The notes beneath the pieces were generated by a model. That model ran no database searches and was not told the origin of the DNA. It worked only from the letters and a program-made list of their open reading frames with translations. A stretch of 55,356 bases of DNA from an uncultured Methanosarcinales archaeon (GTDB taxonomy: Archaea > Nanobdellota > Nanobdellia > Woesearchaeales > JABMPP01). Positions 38,001 to 48,984 of the stretch are shown here, in pieces. Position 1 is the stretch's first letter, and the number at the start of each line of letters is the position of its first letter. Made by a program: the position numbers and the translations under genes. The DNA lies in contig CAZSAD010000008.1 in NCBI GenBank assembly GCA_964604995.1, forward strand, positions 1 through 55,356, in the 5' to 3' direction.

Positions 38001-39135
38001 TTGTTCTAGTAATCAAGTTGTAGCATGCCCCACTGATTTAGATGAAAGTGCAACATGCAATTCAGCAGATTCTACATCTTGTTGCTCTTATTATAATTAC
38101 ACTTGGGCAACAAGCGGTGAGAGAACTGCACCTTTTGGAGGATATGGCAATGCAAAAGGCAATACTAATTTAACTAATCCAGATACAGGAATTATTTCCC
38201 AGCCAATTGATGAATGCTGTGGCAATAATGCTGGAGAATATTTTGCAACTAATGTATCATTTGGTGAAATCTTAGCACCAAATGGACTTTGCTGTTCAAA
38301 ACCAGACCAATGTGCAGCAAATGGTGTTTGCAATGATCTTGCAACAATAGGCGGACATGAAACTTGTGATTATCTTGGAAATTGTGTGGGAGTAAATCCA
38401 ACTAGTTCTTGTTATGATGGATTAGATAATGATTGTGATAATAGCACTGATTTTTGTGATGGTGAAAATATTTTATGTCCAATAAATGATGGCATGAAAA
38501 TTGATAAAAGAGATAGCGATTGTTTAACTACAATTATGGGGAAAGTTGTTAATACTGATGGCACACCTATGGGTAATGCATTTGTAAAAGCAAAACAAAG
38601 ACTTCCTTTAATTTATAATTACGCCTTGAATGGGAATTCATTTTTAATAGATTATAGAGTTTTCACAGCTGAAGATGGTACTTTTGTTATGAGTGTGAAT
38701 GGAAATCAAACTTATGATTTAATTGCTGGAAAAGAAGGTTATGCTCCAACACAAATAATAAATATCATAGCCGGATTTAGACAAACAATTTTTGTTGATA
38801 TAACTCTTAATGCAACAATTAGTGATTGCAATGCTGATTGTACAACAACCGCAAGTCCACTTTGCACAGCAGCTTGCGATGGTTGGAATGGTTGTACATT
38901 TTATAGTGCAAAAGCAATACAATTGTGTGATGGTAAACAGCCTTCTTTTAAGGTGCAGTATTCAGTTGAGCCATTGGAAGATTTGACATGCTGCATTGGA
39001 AGTCCACAAGCAAAGGAACCTATAAGAAAATTAGATAAAAAAGTAGCAACTGACAAAAAGAATTTAGTAAGAGTTACAAAACCTTTGGTTCTCGATGGAA
39101 ATCAAGTGACAATGGTCATAGATGTATTTTCTTAA
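35038..39135 (+). CDS. large Cys-rich exported protein with internal duplication and C-terminal carboxypeptidase-regulatory-like beta-sandwich; putative adhesin
   Basis: Signal peptide (KRG + hydrophobic); numerous Cys; CYDGLDNDCD metal-binding-type motif; IMGKV..G.P..NAFV..T..DG.F..Y.L.A.KEGY. Confidence 0.8.
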   Translation: MVGFLGIKRGASLNIIKLVVLMFFFTILSLITLKISLAGPLSTCTACNGVEICASYDLCCGVLDGYCPEQYGDWQTAGCSAPTTYSLTQFACDTEDEDCCASPAAWEAGGWAGISTRDPYSFGATTNSCCGNEPNENIISCKVNALDYASGCSPCTDTQCNVIANQGCCYNSNDCFDPYTNSCYNNGYSGQIGELGYYAVCNAGTWNKGTSGYNCTNATNDCKSSLYCVDYDYNGTILPPKDLGICGSCDGTASIPNSNKKNLDVCGAIASDGSVWGICNGMGQTYPCFDQSNTDGDGYCIKNNALSDITQYNPIGAGLMTVFGDQGRNYIRCAGDRVCNGTTNMDWTQSTNPNFKTDIGNGSCVQINTNPVVTTLVDSDDITSGKISLYDSLKIILTADYKVDPLYSKLPNWLFLFGCWLNTTKTGSIGCSQSSINNPNNVYLFSGAVDIINNKQALVNYYFEPNCSFSYLGAYSINYSRVYTGWLVQNNWMTSETFLSSQFKVVQCEDNTDAQAIANSISSGVCAPGLGCSQSYCNLSEEYTACPTDLDDTIQCNGASAPNCCSHYGFDWLSGETNICCGDDPKESANSCHYNITVYPLNSCNPCTDENCVVINTKSCCTNPTDCVDPIWEVCYETGYNGVVGANNQFAVCNDGNWTKGQSGSLCVDPLIDCDTGYYCVDQDYNGIISIANPGICAKCDGTADDVSTSKYNLDVCGAIAYDGNVYGICSGGSQFYQCFDQSDIDGDGYCIKNNALNDISSGSLNEGGLMNTSSDRGRNYIRCLGNRVCNGTTSMDWTRPNNNPSYNKNIGNGSCTQVDTQNTAAQIQDLNDTSPQIVSINHILSINLTTIYSQDLSFFSSPNWTFLFGCWLNNSQTGSDACAQSSYFGNRDTYYWSFNKNITNNQKAFATYYFEPDCNSSYVGAYNISFVKTYTGWLTQNNWMTTSLMPTDIFSVVQCENDTDAQSVANYNNGTQCSPDGVCALSYCSSNQVVACPTDLDESATCNSADSTSCCSYYNYTWATSGERTAPFGGYGNAKGNTNLTNPDTGIISQPIDECCGNNAGEYFATNVSFGEILAPNGLCCSKPDQCAANGVCNDLATIGGHETCDYLGNCVGVNPTSSCYDGLDNDCDNSTDFCDGENILCPINDGMKIDKRDSDCLTTIMGKVVNTDGTPMGNAFVKAKQRLPLIYNYALNGNSFLIDYRVFTAEDGTFVMSVNGNQTYDLIAGKEGYAPTQIINIIAGFRQTIFVDITLNATISDCNADCTTTASPLCTAACDGWNGCTFYSAKAIQLCDGKQPSFKVQYSVEPLEDLTCCIGSPQAKEPIRKLDKKVATDKKNLVRVTKPLVLDGNQVTMVIDVFS
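35422..38120 (+). repeat. intragenic tandem duplication, period 1353 nt (451 aa)
   Basis: GATGGTGATGGTTATTGCATTAAAAATAATGCATT at 35920 and 37273; paired peptides NLDVCGAIA, GRNYIRC, YTGWLxQNNWMTS/T and ACPTDLD. Confidence 0.92.
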
Positions 39136-39209
39136 GAACTCAAAGGTTGTTATTTTTGTTAATTATTTTATTAAATAAAAATTAATGTTACCTAATTAAT
39201 TATTAAAAA

Positions 39210-39734
39210 ATGAAAAAAATAATTTATCTTAATAAACAAGGATACTATTATAGTTTGGATGCTTTAATTGCAATAGTTATAATCACTGTTGGAATACTAA
39301 TAGTTCTTCAATCAAATACTCACAATCAACCAAAGAGTAATGTTATTTTGTATGCGCAAGACTTATCAAATTTTTTAAGTCATACTAAAATATACGATCT
39401 TAATGATGAACTTTTTTTAGATACAATCCAGCTTTGGAAACAAGATGGCAACATCACTTCTTTTGACAATACTATTCTTGAACAAGCAGGCGAGTTTTAT
39501 ACCTATAAAAAAATGGATAAATTAGAATCTTTACTCGGTAACTTATCTTCTAATAATTATGCCACTACTTACAATTTTAATATTTGGATAAATGGTTCAA
39601 TAGTTTACAATCATACAACTATAAATCAAAGTATGGCTAAAAGTGTAATTGTAAACAAAATGATTATATCTGGCGTAGGGAATAAAAATCTATTTTGGGG
39701 GCCATATATCGCAGAGGTTAGAGTATGGCAATAA
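39210..39734 (+). CDS. pilin-like protein with class III signal peptide
   Basis: NKQG|YYYSLDALIAIVII; C-terminal WGPYIAEVRVW. Confidence 0.75.
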   Translation: MKKIIYLNKQGYYYSLDALIAIVIITVGILIVLQSNTHNQPKSNVILYAQDLSNFLSHTKIYDLNDELFLDTIQLWKQDGNITSFDNTILEQAGEFYTYKKMDKLESLLGNLSSNNYATTYNFNIWINGSIVYNHTTINQSMAKSVIVNKMIISGVGNKNLFWGPYIAEVRVWQ

Positions 39735-41284
39735 TAAAATCTAAACTAAAATCTTCTAAACTAAATTTTAAATTTTGCAGTTTGAATTTTAGTTTGAATA
39801 GGAATAAAAAAGGAGTTTTTTTTACACTCATTGCAATTTTAATTGTTGCTACTCTTTTTGTTTGGTTTAATAATCAACAAAATTATAGTAACATGGATTC
39901 TTTGGAAACTACTAAAGATAGAGTTACAAGAATTGATAAATTAGTTGAAGATGTAAATTCTCAATATCTTGAAAGAATCTCAAGGTCAGTAACCTATAAT
40001 GCACTAAATGCATTAACTTTGTATGTTAAAACTACCAAGCAACCATTAGACAAACAAAGTTTTGAATGTGCTTTGCAAACTGTTCCAGTTTATGGTAGAT
40101 TTTTAAATTTATCTTGGTCTAATTCCCTTCCGGACATTAATTTTAAAGTTGATCCTGCAATAATTAATCCCAATGATGATTTATCTGTTGATTGGTATTC
40201 AATTGGCGGCAATTATATTTTAGCTAGAAAATTTACACCTATCGCATCTGGAAATTTAAATAGCTTAACAATAACTGCTAGGTGGAACAGTATACAAAGC
40301 GGAGATTTAATTGTGGAAATTAGAAAAGCAGAATGTGGGGTGCCTGGTCCAATCATTGTATCACAATCTATTATTCAAGCATTTGGAGATACAGAATGGC
40401 ACGACCTAGAATTCTTATTTGATAATAATGCTTATTTGGAAAATTCAAAATCTTATTTTTTTGTTTTTTATTCTGTAAATTCTGAGGATAATAGTGTAGA
40501 TATCATACAATCTAATAAAGATCCTATTGATGGATTTGTAATTTTAAAAGATAATCCTTTTTTTGATTTAGATATGGACACCCTATTGCCTTACAATGTG
40601 ATAAATGGAAATTATCTAACAAATAGGTTATCCCAATTTTCTAATTTGTCTAATTTGGTTTATATGGTAAATTCCAATTTCACAATTAACAATTTTTCCA
40701 TATTTCAAGATTTAGATAGTGGGCCTTGGGATTTAGTTGTTAGTTTAAATGTTAATTATACATTTAATGCATCAATCGCTTCTTGGCAATCAAATAAAAC
40801 AATGCAAACTAAAGTCAATATTTTGGGTCTTGAAGATCCTTATATCTCTTTAGAAACTAACAATCAGTTTGGAAATAATATTACTAATATAATCAATGAT
40901 ACAACAACAGATCAGTTATCAAATAAACATCTTTGGAACATTACCTATCTAGGCTACATGATTGATTCGCATGCTTATCGTTTTGAAGAAAATGCACCAA
41001 GTTACCTTATGAGATTTACCACCAATATTGCTCCATCCAGTTGCTGTGGCATTGAGAGCATTGTTTATTTGCAAAATCAGGATGTAAATATGAGTTATAT
41101 TGATTATTGTTTCTGGTCAGGAACATGTCCTGGTAGTAATGTTAATGAAAATATTAGTTTATATAATGTTACAGGTATTACAACTAATACTTTTAGATTT
41201 TTACTTGAGCCTATGCACGGCCAAAGGTACAATGTAACAGAATACATGAACTTTTCAACTAATCTTAGTACTGGTAGTCCCTAA
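39725..41284 (+). CDS. large minor-pilin-like protein with class III signal peptide
   Basis: NKKG|VFFTLIAILIV; LEDP and CCGIES motifs; inserted beta-rich domain; many N-x-S/T sequons. Confidence 0.72.
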   Translation: MAIIKSKLKSSKLNFKFCSLNFSLNRNKKGVFFTLIAILIVATLFVWFNNQQNYSNMDSLETTKDRVTRIDKLVEDVNSQYLERISRSVTYNALNALTLYVKTTKQPLDKQSFECALQTVPVYGRFLNLSWSNSLPDINFKVDPAIINPNDDLSVDWYSIGGNYILARKFTPIASGNLNSLTITARWNSIQSGDLIVEIRKAECGVPGPIIVSQSIIQAFGDTEWHDLEFLFDNNAYLENSKSYFFVFYSVNSEDNSVDIIQSNKDPIDGFVILKDNPFFDLDMDTLLPYNVINGNYLTNRLSQFSNLSNLVYMVNSNFTINNFSIFQDLDSGPWDLVVSLNVNYTFNASIASWQSNKTMQTKVNILGLEDPYISLETNNQFGNNITNIINDTTTDQLSNKHLWNITYLGYMIDSHAYRFEENAPSYLMRFTTNIAPSSCCGIESIVYLQNQDVNMSYIDYCFWSGTCPGSNVNENISLYNVTGITTNTFRFLLEPMHGQRYNVTEYMNFSTNLSTGSP

Positions 41285-41467
41285 AATTTAGTTATTTTAA
41301 GTCTATTGTTTTGGTCTATAAAGCTTATAGCCATTTCGATAGTAACTTTTATATATTACTGTGGCATAAAGTATGATATATTTGAAGGATATGTTTGGGT
41401 TTGGTTATCTTATTATATTAATCATTTTTAGTGACCAAACAAATTAAAAAAGAGGTAGTTTAGCAAC

Positions 41468-44135
41468 ATGGCTGTTGTACCAGAAATAGTGAAGACAGAG
41501 GTAGATGCACTTTTAGAACTAATAAAAAGAAGAAAAGAAATTAGTTTTGAAGATGCATGCAAAGCGCTTTCTATAACTATGTCAACAGCTGAAGCTTGGG
41601 CATCATTTCTAGAAGAAGAAGGCCTTGTTACTATAAAATATAAATTTACTACTCCTTATTTTGTTTATCAAGAAGGAACAACTAAACAAAGATTATCTTC
41701 TATATCCCCTTTTGCATTAATTGATGAGATTTCTTCCCTTTTAAAAGAAATACCTAATAAAATAAAAAATAAAGAATTTGACAAAGCTAAAATTATGATT
41801 TCAGATATTAGGGAGAGAATTGCTAAATTGCCAATTGAATTTAGAAGCGAACATCAAGATATCATAAATAGCATAAGTGAAATTGAGAAAAAAATGAATT
41901 TAATGCTTGTTGAATTTATGAGCAGAAAAACAACATATGATGAAAAACACGATGAGCTTGATTTTTTAAATAATGAATTTCACAGAAAACTTGATAATTT
42001 GAAAAAATTAGCAATGCACACACATCTTTCAATAGATAATCCAGATGGTGCATTTGATGATTATGATTCAACTGAAAATGAATCTTATGTAAAACGCGAT
42101 GTAACACTTCTTCTTTTGGAAGTTAGTAACATCTTAAATAAATTTGTAGAATTTAAAGATACAAAAGAATTTGATAAGGCACAGGAAATTTATATGGAAC
42201 TTATTGTAAAAGTTAGAACTCTTTCTGATGAAGTTCAAGATGAATGTGGACTTGATAATGCAGCAAGAAAAAAGATTGATAAAAGTATTGAGACCACAGA
42301 TAAATTAATGGAGCAAGCAGAAGCTTATTTTAAAGCTAAAGACACTCCAAAATTTGTTGAACTAATAACTAAAGTTATTGAAGTTATTAGGGAAATAGTT
42401 TTCTTATTAAGAACTATCTATGATGAAAAAAAACTTATTGAAAAAAAAGAAATTGTTAAAAGTGAAGTTGAAAATATAGAGCCGTTGCTTAAAAAAATTT
42501 ATAGTTACATAAAAGAAGGCAAATTTGATACCGCAAAAGAATTGTATAAAGAGCTTGAAGAAAAATATGTAATGCTTCCTATGGAATTTTTGGAGAAAAA
42601 AGGAACTCTCAAAAAAGATTTAATCAAACTTAATAGGGATTTAGCTCTTAGCATTGCTGAAAAATCAAGAATAGAATTCGATGCCAAGACTAAAGCAATG
42701 AATAAATTACTAAAAGAGGCATTATCTTTTTTAGTTGAAGGGAAATTACAAGATGCAAGTGATGATTATGATAAAATAGAAGCACTTTATCGTGAACTAC
42801 CTGATGGATTTATAGATGAGAAAACAGAAATACAACATAGGGTTATAGAAATTCAAGAAAAACTTATCAATAAGAAAAAAGAAATTTATTATTCTGATTT
42901 GAACCAAAAATCTACAAAAATAAATTTGATGCTATCTCAAATTGCAGCNNNNNNNNNNCAAAGAAAAAAATCTTGATGTTTCAACACAGATGTATCAAAA
43001 AGTAAGGGAAATTTTTGGCACTTTACCTGAAGGTTTTTTAGAAGAAAAAACTTATTTGCAAAATAAAGTATTATTTATTCATCATGATCTTTTAACACTT
43101 AGAACAAAACTTGCATTGGATGATATGAATTCAAAAGCTGCACAAATAAATTTAATGCTCATAAAAGCAAATGAACTAGTTTTAAAAAATAATATTTTAG
43201 GCGCAAGTCAGTTATATGATCAAATAGAAGATTTGTATAGGAGTTTGCCTGATGGATTTCTTGTTAAAAAAACTGATTTGCAGAATAGGATTTTACAAAT
43301 TTCTGGAGAAATAGCTAAAAAATTGGATAGGATTTCAACTTTAGATATGCAAAATAAAACTGCAAAAATAAATTCACAAATTAAAATCGTTCAAGATTAT
43401 TTAAAGAGAGGAGAACATGATATGGCTCTTGCAGAATATGAAGAAATAGTCAATATTTACAATCAGATGCCTGCTGGATTTTTAGAAGCAAAAACAAAAA
43501 TACGTGCTGAAACATTAAATCTTTATAAAAATATCATAAGCAGTACTGATGCATTCTTAATTGAAAATTTAGATCAGACAACTAAAAAGAAATATGATGA
43601 AATATTAAAATTGCTCGTTAGAATACATCAACATATTGATGCTAAAGAATTTCAAATGATGCAAAGTTTGTATGATAGAATAACCGAACTATACAATGAA
43701 TTGCCTGTTGGGTTTGTGCAAAAGAAAACAAAAGTAGTATCTGATATTTTAGCTGTTTACAAAAAAATGAGAATGTATCAAACCTGTCTTGAGTTGCAAG
43801 ACTTTGTAAGGCAAAGAGATTTTGAAGGCCTTAGACAAAAATTAGAATACATCTACAAAATTTACAATGAGCTAATTGATTTAGGATTTGAAGATTTACA
43901 GCTGTTTAATTTCGTTTATAGTAAATATTTTACTTATCATAGAATACTACTTGAAGAAAGAAGAATTAAACGAAATATACTCATAAAAGGCATTCCCAAT
44001 GAAATTAAAAAGAAAATGCCGGAAGGAAAATCTAATGAAATTAATGGTCTAAGACAAAGAATTATGAAAGCTGAAGGGCATGTATCTAATTTAAATTTTG
44101 AATTTGTAAGGCCAGTTAGGAAAACTCAATTATGA
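41468..44135 (+). CDS. winged-helix + tandem 74-aa helical-repeat protein (one gene across N gap 42949-42958)
   Basis: N-terminal TEVDALLELI..EAWASFLEEEGLV; the same LPxGF repeats on both sides of the gap. Confidence 0.75.
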
Positions 44136-44214
44136 AAAAATAGGTTCCTAGATGGACAAACAATAAATAAACAAATAATGCAAGGTATGGGTAAACAAAT
44201 ATTAAAGGTCAAAT

Positions 44215-45678
44215 ATGGCAGAAGAAAATGAAATTGTAAAAAATTTGGATTCATACAAATTAAATGTGTATGATGCTATTGTAGATGTAGATATATCTAG
44301 AAGTTCAACGGGATTTTCATTCTATAATATCACTATTCAAAATATAACTCCCACAACTAATATCATTTTGCAAAAAATTAGGGATGAATTTGTATCTAAA
44401 GTTAATTTAACTGATGCAGGAATTGGTGAACAAGCAGGAGTAGATGAACTTAAAGATAGGTTCAAAAAAGAAATTATCTATCTAATCAAGAAATATTTTC
44501 CAAATGCCGACAAAAAAACTACTGATTTATTGATGAATCAAATCATCAGGCAAAATTTAGGAATGGGTGATATTGAAATTTTATTGAAAGATTCTAATCT
44601 TGAAGAAATTGCTGTTAATACTGCAAAAGAGCCAGTTTGGGTTTATCATAAAAGATTTGGATGGCTTAAAACAAATATTATAATTCCTGAAGAAAATAGA
44701 ATAAGGCATTATTCAACGATGATAGGTAGAGACGTTGGCAAGGAAATTACTGTTTTAAAGCCGCTTCTTGATGCACATCTTCTAACTGGGGATAGGGTAA
44801 ATTCAACACTTTATCCAATTTCTACAAAAGGAAATACTATTACAATTAGAAAATTCGCTGAAAAGCCATGGACTATTACTGATTTTATTAAAGCAAAAAC
44901 AATAGACTATGAAACAGCTGCATTTTTGTGGCTAGCTACGCAAAACGAATTATCCATTTTAATTTCAGGTGGAACTGGTTCAGGAAAAACATCAATGCTA
45001 AATATTGTTTGCGCATTTATTCCAATTAACCAACGTATTGTTTCAATTGAAGATACTAGAGAAATTACTCTTCCAACTGATTTACATTGGGTTCCATTAG
45101 AAACAAGACTTCCAAATCCTGAAGGCAAAGGAGAAATTACAATGTTAGATTTAGTTGTGAATTCTCTTAGAATGAGACCAGATAGAATTATCATGGGTGA
45201 AATTAGAAGAAAAAGAGAAGCTGAAGTTTTATTTGAAGCAATGCATACTGGTCACTCTGTTTATGCAACATTGCACGCAAATAATGTGGAAGAGACAATT
45301 CAAAGACTTACTAATCCACCAATTGATGTTCCAAAAGCAGTTTTACCTGCAATGCATATGATTCTTGTTCAAAATAGAAATAGAAGAACTGGTCAGAGAA
45401 GAACATTACAATTAGCAGAGATTACACCAACTGGGGATGCAAATATAATAAAACAATTAGATGTTTCAAAAGATGAGCTTGTGGATGTCAATGAACCAAA
45501 GCAAATATTTGAAACTCTTAGGTTATATACTGGTATGACAAAAGAGCAGATTGCTAATGATCTTCAAGAAAAAATAGCTATCTTAAAATGGATTGTTGAA
45601 AATAATATTAATAATGTTGACAAAGTTGGAGATGTGTTTAGGAAATATTATGCTAGAAAATTAAGTAAGGATTCTTGA
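44215..45678 (+). CDS. type IV pilus/secretion ATPase (CpaF/VirB11/ArlI family)
   Basis: GGTGSGKT, SIEDTRE, LRMRPDRIIMGEIR and AMHTGH..TLHA. Confidence 0.96.
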   Translation: MAEENEIVKNLDSYKLNVYDAIVDVDISRSSTGFSFYNITIQNITPTTNIILQKIRDEFVSKVNLTDAGIGEQAGVDELKDRFKKEIIYLIKKYFPNADKKTTDLLMNQIIRQNLGMGDIEILLKDSNLEEIAVNTAKEPVWVYHKRFGWLKTNIIIPEENRIRHYSTMIGRDVGKEITVLKPLLDAHLLTGDRVNSTLYPISTKGNTITIRKFAEKPWTITDFIKAKTIDYETAAFLWLATQNELSILISGGTGSGKTSMLNIVCAFIPINQRIVSIEDTREITLPTDLHWVPLETRLPNPEGKGEITMLDLVVNSLRMRPDRIIMGEIRRKREAEVLFEAMHTGHSVYATLHANNVEETIQRLTNPPIDVPKAVLPAMHMILVQNRNRRTGQRRTLQLAEITPTGDANIIKQLDVSKDELVDVNEPKQIFETLRLYTGMTKEQIANDLQEKIAILKWIVENNINNVDKVGDVFRKYYARKLSKDS

Positions 45679-45686
45679 GGTGCAAA

Positions 45687-46493
45687 ATGCTACCTTATAT
45701 TTTTCTGAAGCTTTTTCCAAATCTTAAAAAGCAATTGAAGCTGGCACACATAAAAGAAGATCCAAGAGCATTTATTAAAAAGATGATGACCTTATCATCT
45801 TATTTGTCTATGTCTTTTATTGTATTTTTCTTTTTTGTATTTAGTAAAGCTGGTGCTTCGTTATATTTTTTACTTGCAATTTTTCCAGTTGTATATTTTC
45901 TTTGTTTTATGTTTATGATGCAATATCCTGCTGTTCTTATAAGTAAAAGAAAAAAAGAAATTGATAGGGAAGTTTTGTTTGCAGGAAGATATTTACTTGT
46001 TAAAATTGAATCGGGAACACCCTTATTTAATGCACTAACTGATGCATCCCGAGGATTTGGTGTTATGCAAAAATACTTTAAAGAAATTGTTGATGAAATT
46101 TATGCAGGGGTTCCAATTGAGCAAGCTTTGGAAAATGCAAGAGAGCATTCAGCTTCAAAAAGGTTCAAGAAAATACTTGCAGAACTTATAATGTCTTTAA
46201 AAACAGGCGTTGATGTTGGAACAAGCCTTAGATCAATTATGAAAAATATTTCTGATGAACAACTTTTGGAAATCAAAGAATACAACAAAAAACTTAATGC
46301 TTACATAACAATGTATATGATTATGGCAGTAGTTTTACCATCACTTGGAATGACAATGCTTGTTGTAATTGGCGCATTTTTGTCGCTTGAATTATCCATG
46401 ACTTTTATTGTTATAGCAATATGTGCATTCGTATTTATCGATATGTTATTTTTAAGTTTATTTAGATCAATTAGGCCAACAGTTGACTTGTAG
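45687..46493 (+). CDS. pilus platform protein (T2SS-F/TadB/ArlJ-like)
   Basis: IESGTPLFNAL, GVPIEQAL and AVVLPSLG; follows the ATPase. Confidence 0.9.
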   Translation: MLPYIFLKLFPNLKKQLKLAHIKEDPRAFIKKMMTLSSYLSMSFIVFFFFVFSKAGASLYFLLAIFPVVYFLCFMFMMQYPAVLISKRKKEIDREVLFAGRYLLVKIESGTPLFNALTDASRGFGVMQKYFKEIVDEIYAGVPIEQALENAREHSASKRFKKILAELIMSLKTGVDVGTSLRSIMKNISDEQLLEIKEYNKKLNAYITMYMIMAVVLPSLGMTMLVVIGAFLSLELSMTFIVIAICAFVFIDMLFLSLFRSIRPTVDL

Positions 46494-46589
46494 GGCAATT
46501 GTAATATAATTAGTAAGTTAATAAACAATAAACAAAATAAAAAATAAAAAGTTGACAAATAATAAATCATAAAATCAAAAGGAGCAAAA

Positions 46590-47627
46590 ATGAAATTAAT
46601 TTTCCTCGATGAATTTGGAAAGGCATTTGTACCTAAAAAAATTAGGCCAAAACTTAAAAGTTACTTTCTTAAAGCAGGAATAAATGAAGTACCTTACAAA
46701 ATATTTGGTGGTCTTTTTTATTTGAGTTTATTTTTAACTTACATTTTGTATATGAATTATGTCTTTCCGTGGATTGATCAAAACTTTGGAAGTTTGGCTT
46801 TGATAATTTGGACAGTTATTCTTTGGGTGGTTATTCAATTTAGTATTGTTGGCATAATTATGATGATAATCTATTCTTATTTAGATGTTATAATTTATAA
46901 TCGTACAAAGAATATGGAAGAAGTATTACCTGAATTTTTGAATTATGTTTCTGAAAATCTAAGGGGAGGAATGTCTTTTGATAAAGCCATGTGGTCTGCA
47001 ATAAAACCTGAATTTGGAATATTATCTGATGAAGTTTCATTAGTTGCTAAAAAAGTAATGTCAGGTTATGATGTTGAGGATGCAATAATTGAATTTACAG
47101 ATAAATATGATTCACCTTTAATGAGGCGCTCATTTGGTTTAGTTATTGAAGGTATGAAAGGTGGCGCACCACTTGCTGATTTAATTGAAAGAATTCATGC
47201 AGATATTATTGATACTGTAAATTTGAAAAGTGAGATGTCAGCTACAAATACAACTTATGTTATCTTTTTAACTACTATAGTTTTGCTTATTGCTCCTGGA
47301 CTTTTTGGTCTTTCCTTTAATTTATTATTGGTATTTAAAAGTATTGCAGGAACTTTGAGTGGTGCAATGGGCGGAGGAGCAGCTAGCACAATGCCTTTAC
47401 AATTTGGTAAAGTAGCAATAGATCCAGAAGGATTTAAATTATTTTCAATTATGTCTCTAGTTACAATTTCAACTTTTTCTTCTATGATAATTTCAATTAT
47501 AAGAAAAGGTAATATTAAACAAGGATTAAAATATGTTCCAATTTATGCAGTTGTTGCAGTAGTTATGTATTTTATCTTTAGAGCAATGTTTGGTTCATTC
47601 TTTGGAGATTTGATAGGAACAGTATAA
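46590..47627 (+). CDS. pilus platform protein (T2SS-F/TadC/ArlJ-like)
   Basis: EEVLPEFL, NLRGGMSFDKA and EFGILSDE; multiple TM segments. Confidence 0.9.
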   Translation: MKLIFLDEFGKAFVPKKIRPKLKSYFLKAGINEVPYKIFGGLFYLSLFLTYILYMNYVFPWIDQNFGSLALIIWTVILWVVIQFSIVGIIMMIIYSYLDVIIYNRTKNMEEVLPEFLNYVSENLRGGMSFDKAMWSAIKPEFGILSDEVSLVAKKVMSGYDVEDAIIEFTDKYDSPLMRRSFGLVIEGMKGGAPLADLIERIHADIIDTVNLKSEMSATNTTYVIFLTTIVLLIAPGLFGLSFNLLLVFKSIAGTLSGAMGGGAASTMPLQFGKVAIDPEGFKLFSIMSLVTISTFSSMIISIIRKGNIKQGLKYVPIYAVVAVVMYFIFRAMFGSFFGDLIGTV

Positions 47628-47703
47628 ATTATAGAAATATATTCTTTTTAGAAGATTAATCTTTATTGATTTATTATATTTAGTTTTTATTATCCCACTT
47701 TAT

Positions 47704-48984
<1,281 letters not shown>

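Noticed and set aside
35422..38120. Diversity-generating retroelement TR/VR pair
   Set aside because: Both copies are in-frame parts of one ORF, differences are not adenine-specific, and no reverse transcriptase is present.
42942..42976. Apparent frameshift or split gene in the repeat protein
   Set aside because: Coincides with the N gap; repeat periodicity continues across it.
44215..47627. Archaellum (arl/fla) operon
   Set aside because: No archaellin, ArlH or ArlF/G recognisable; two separate platform genes fit a pilus system.
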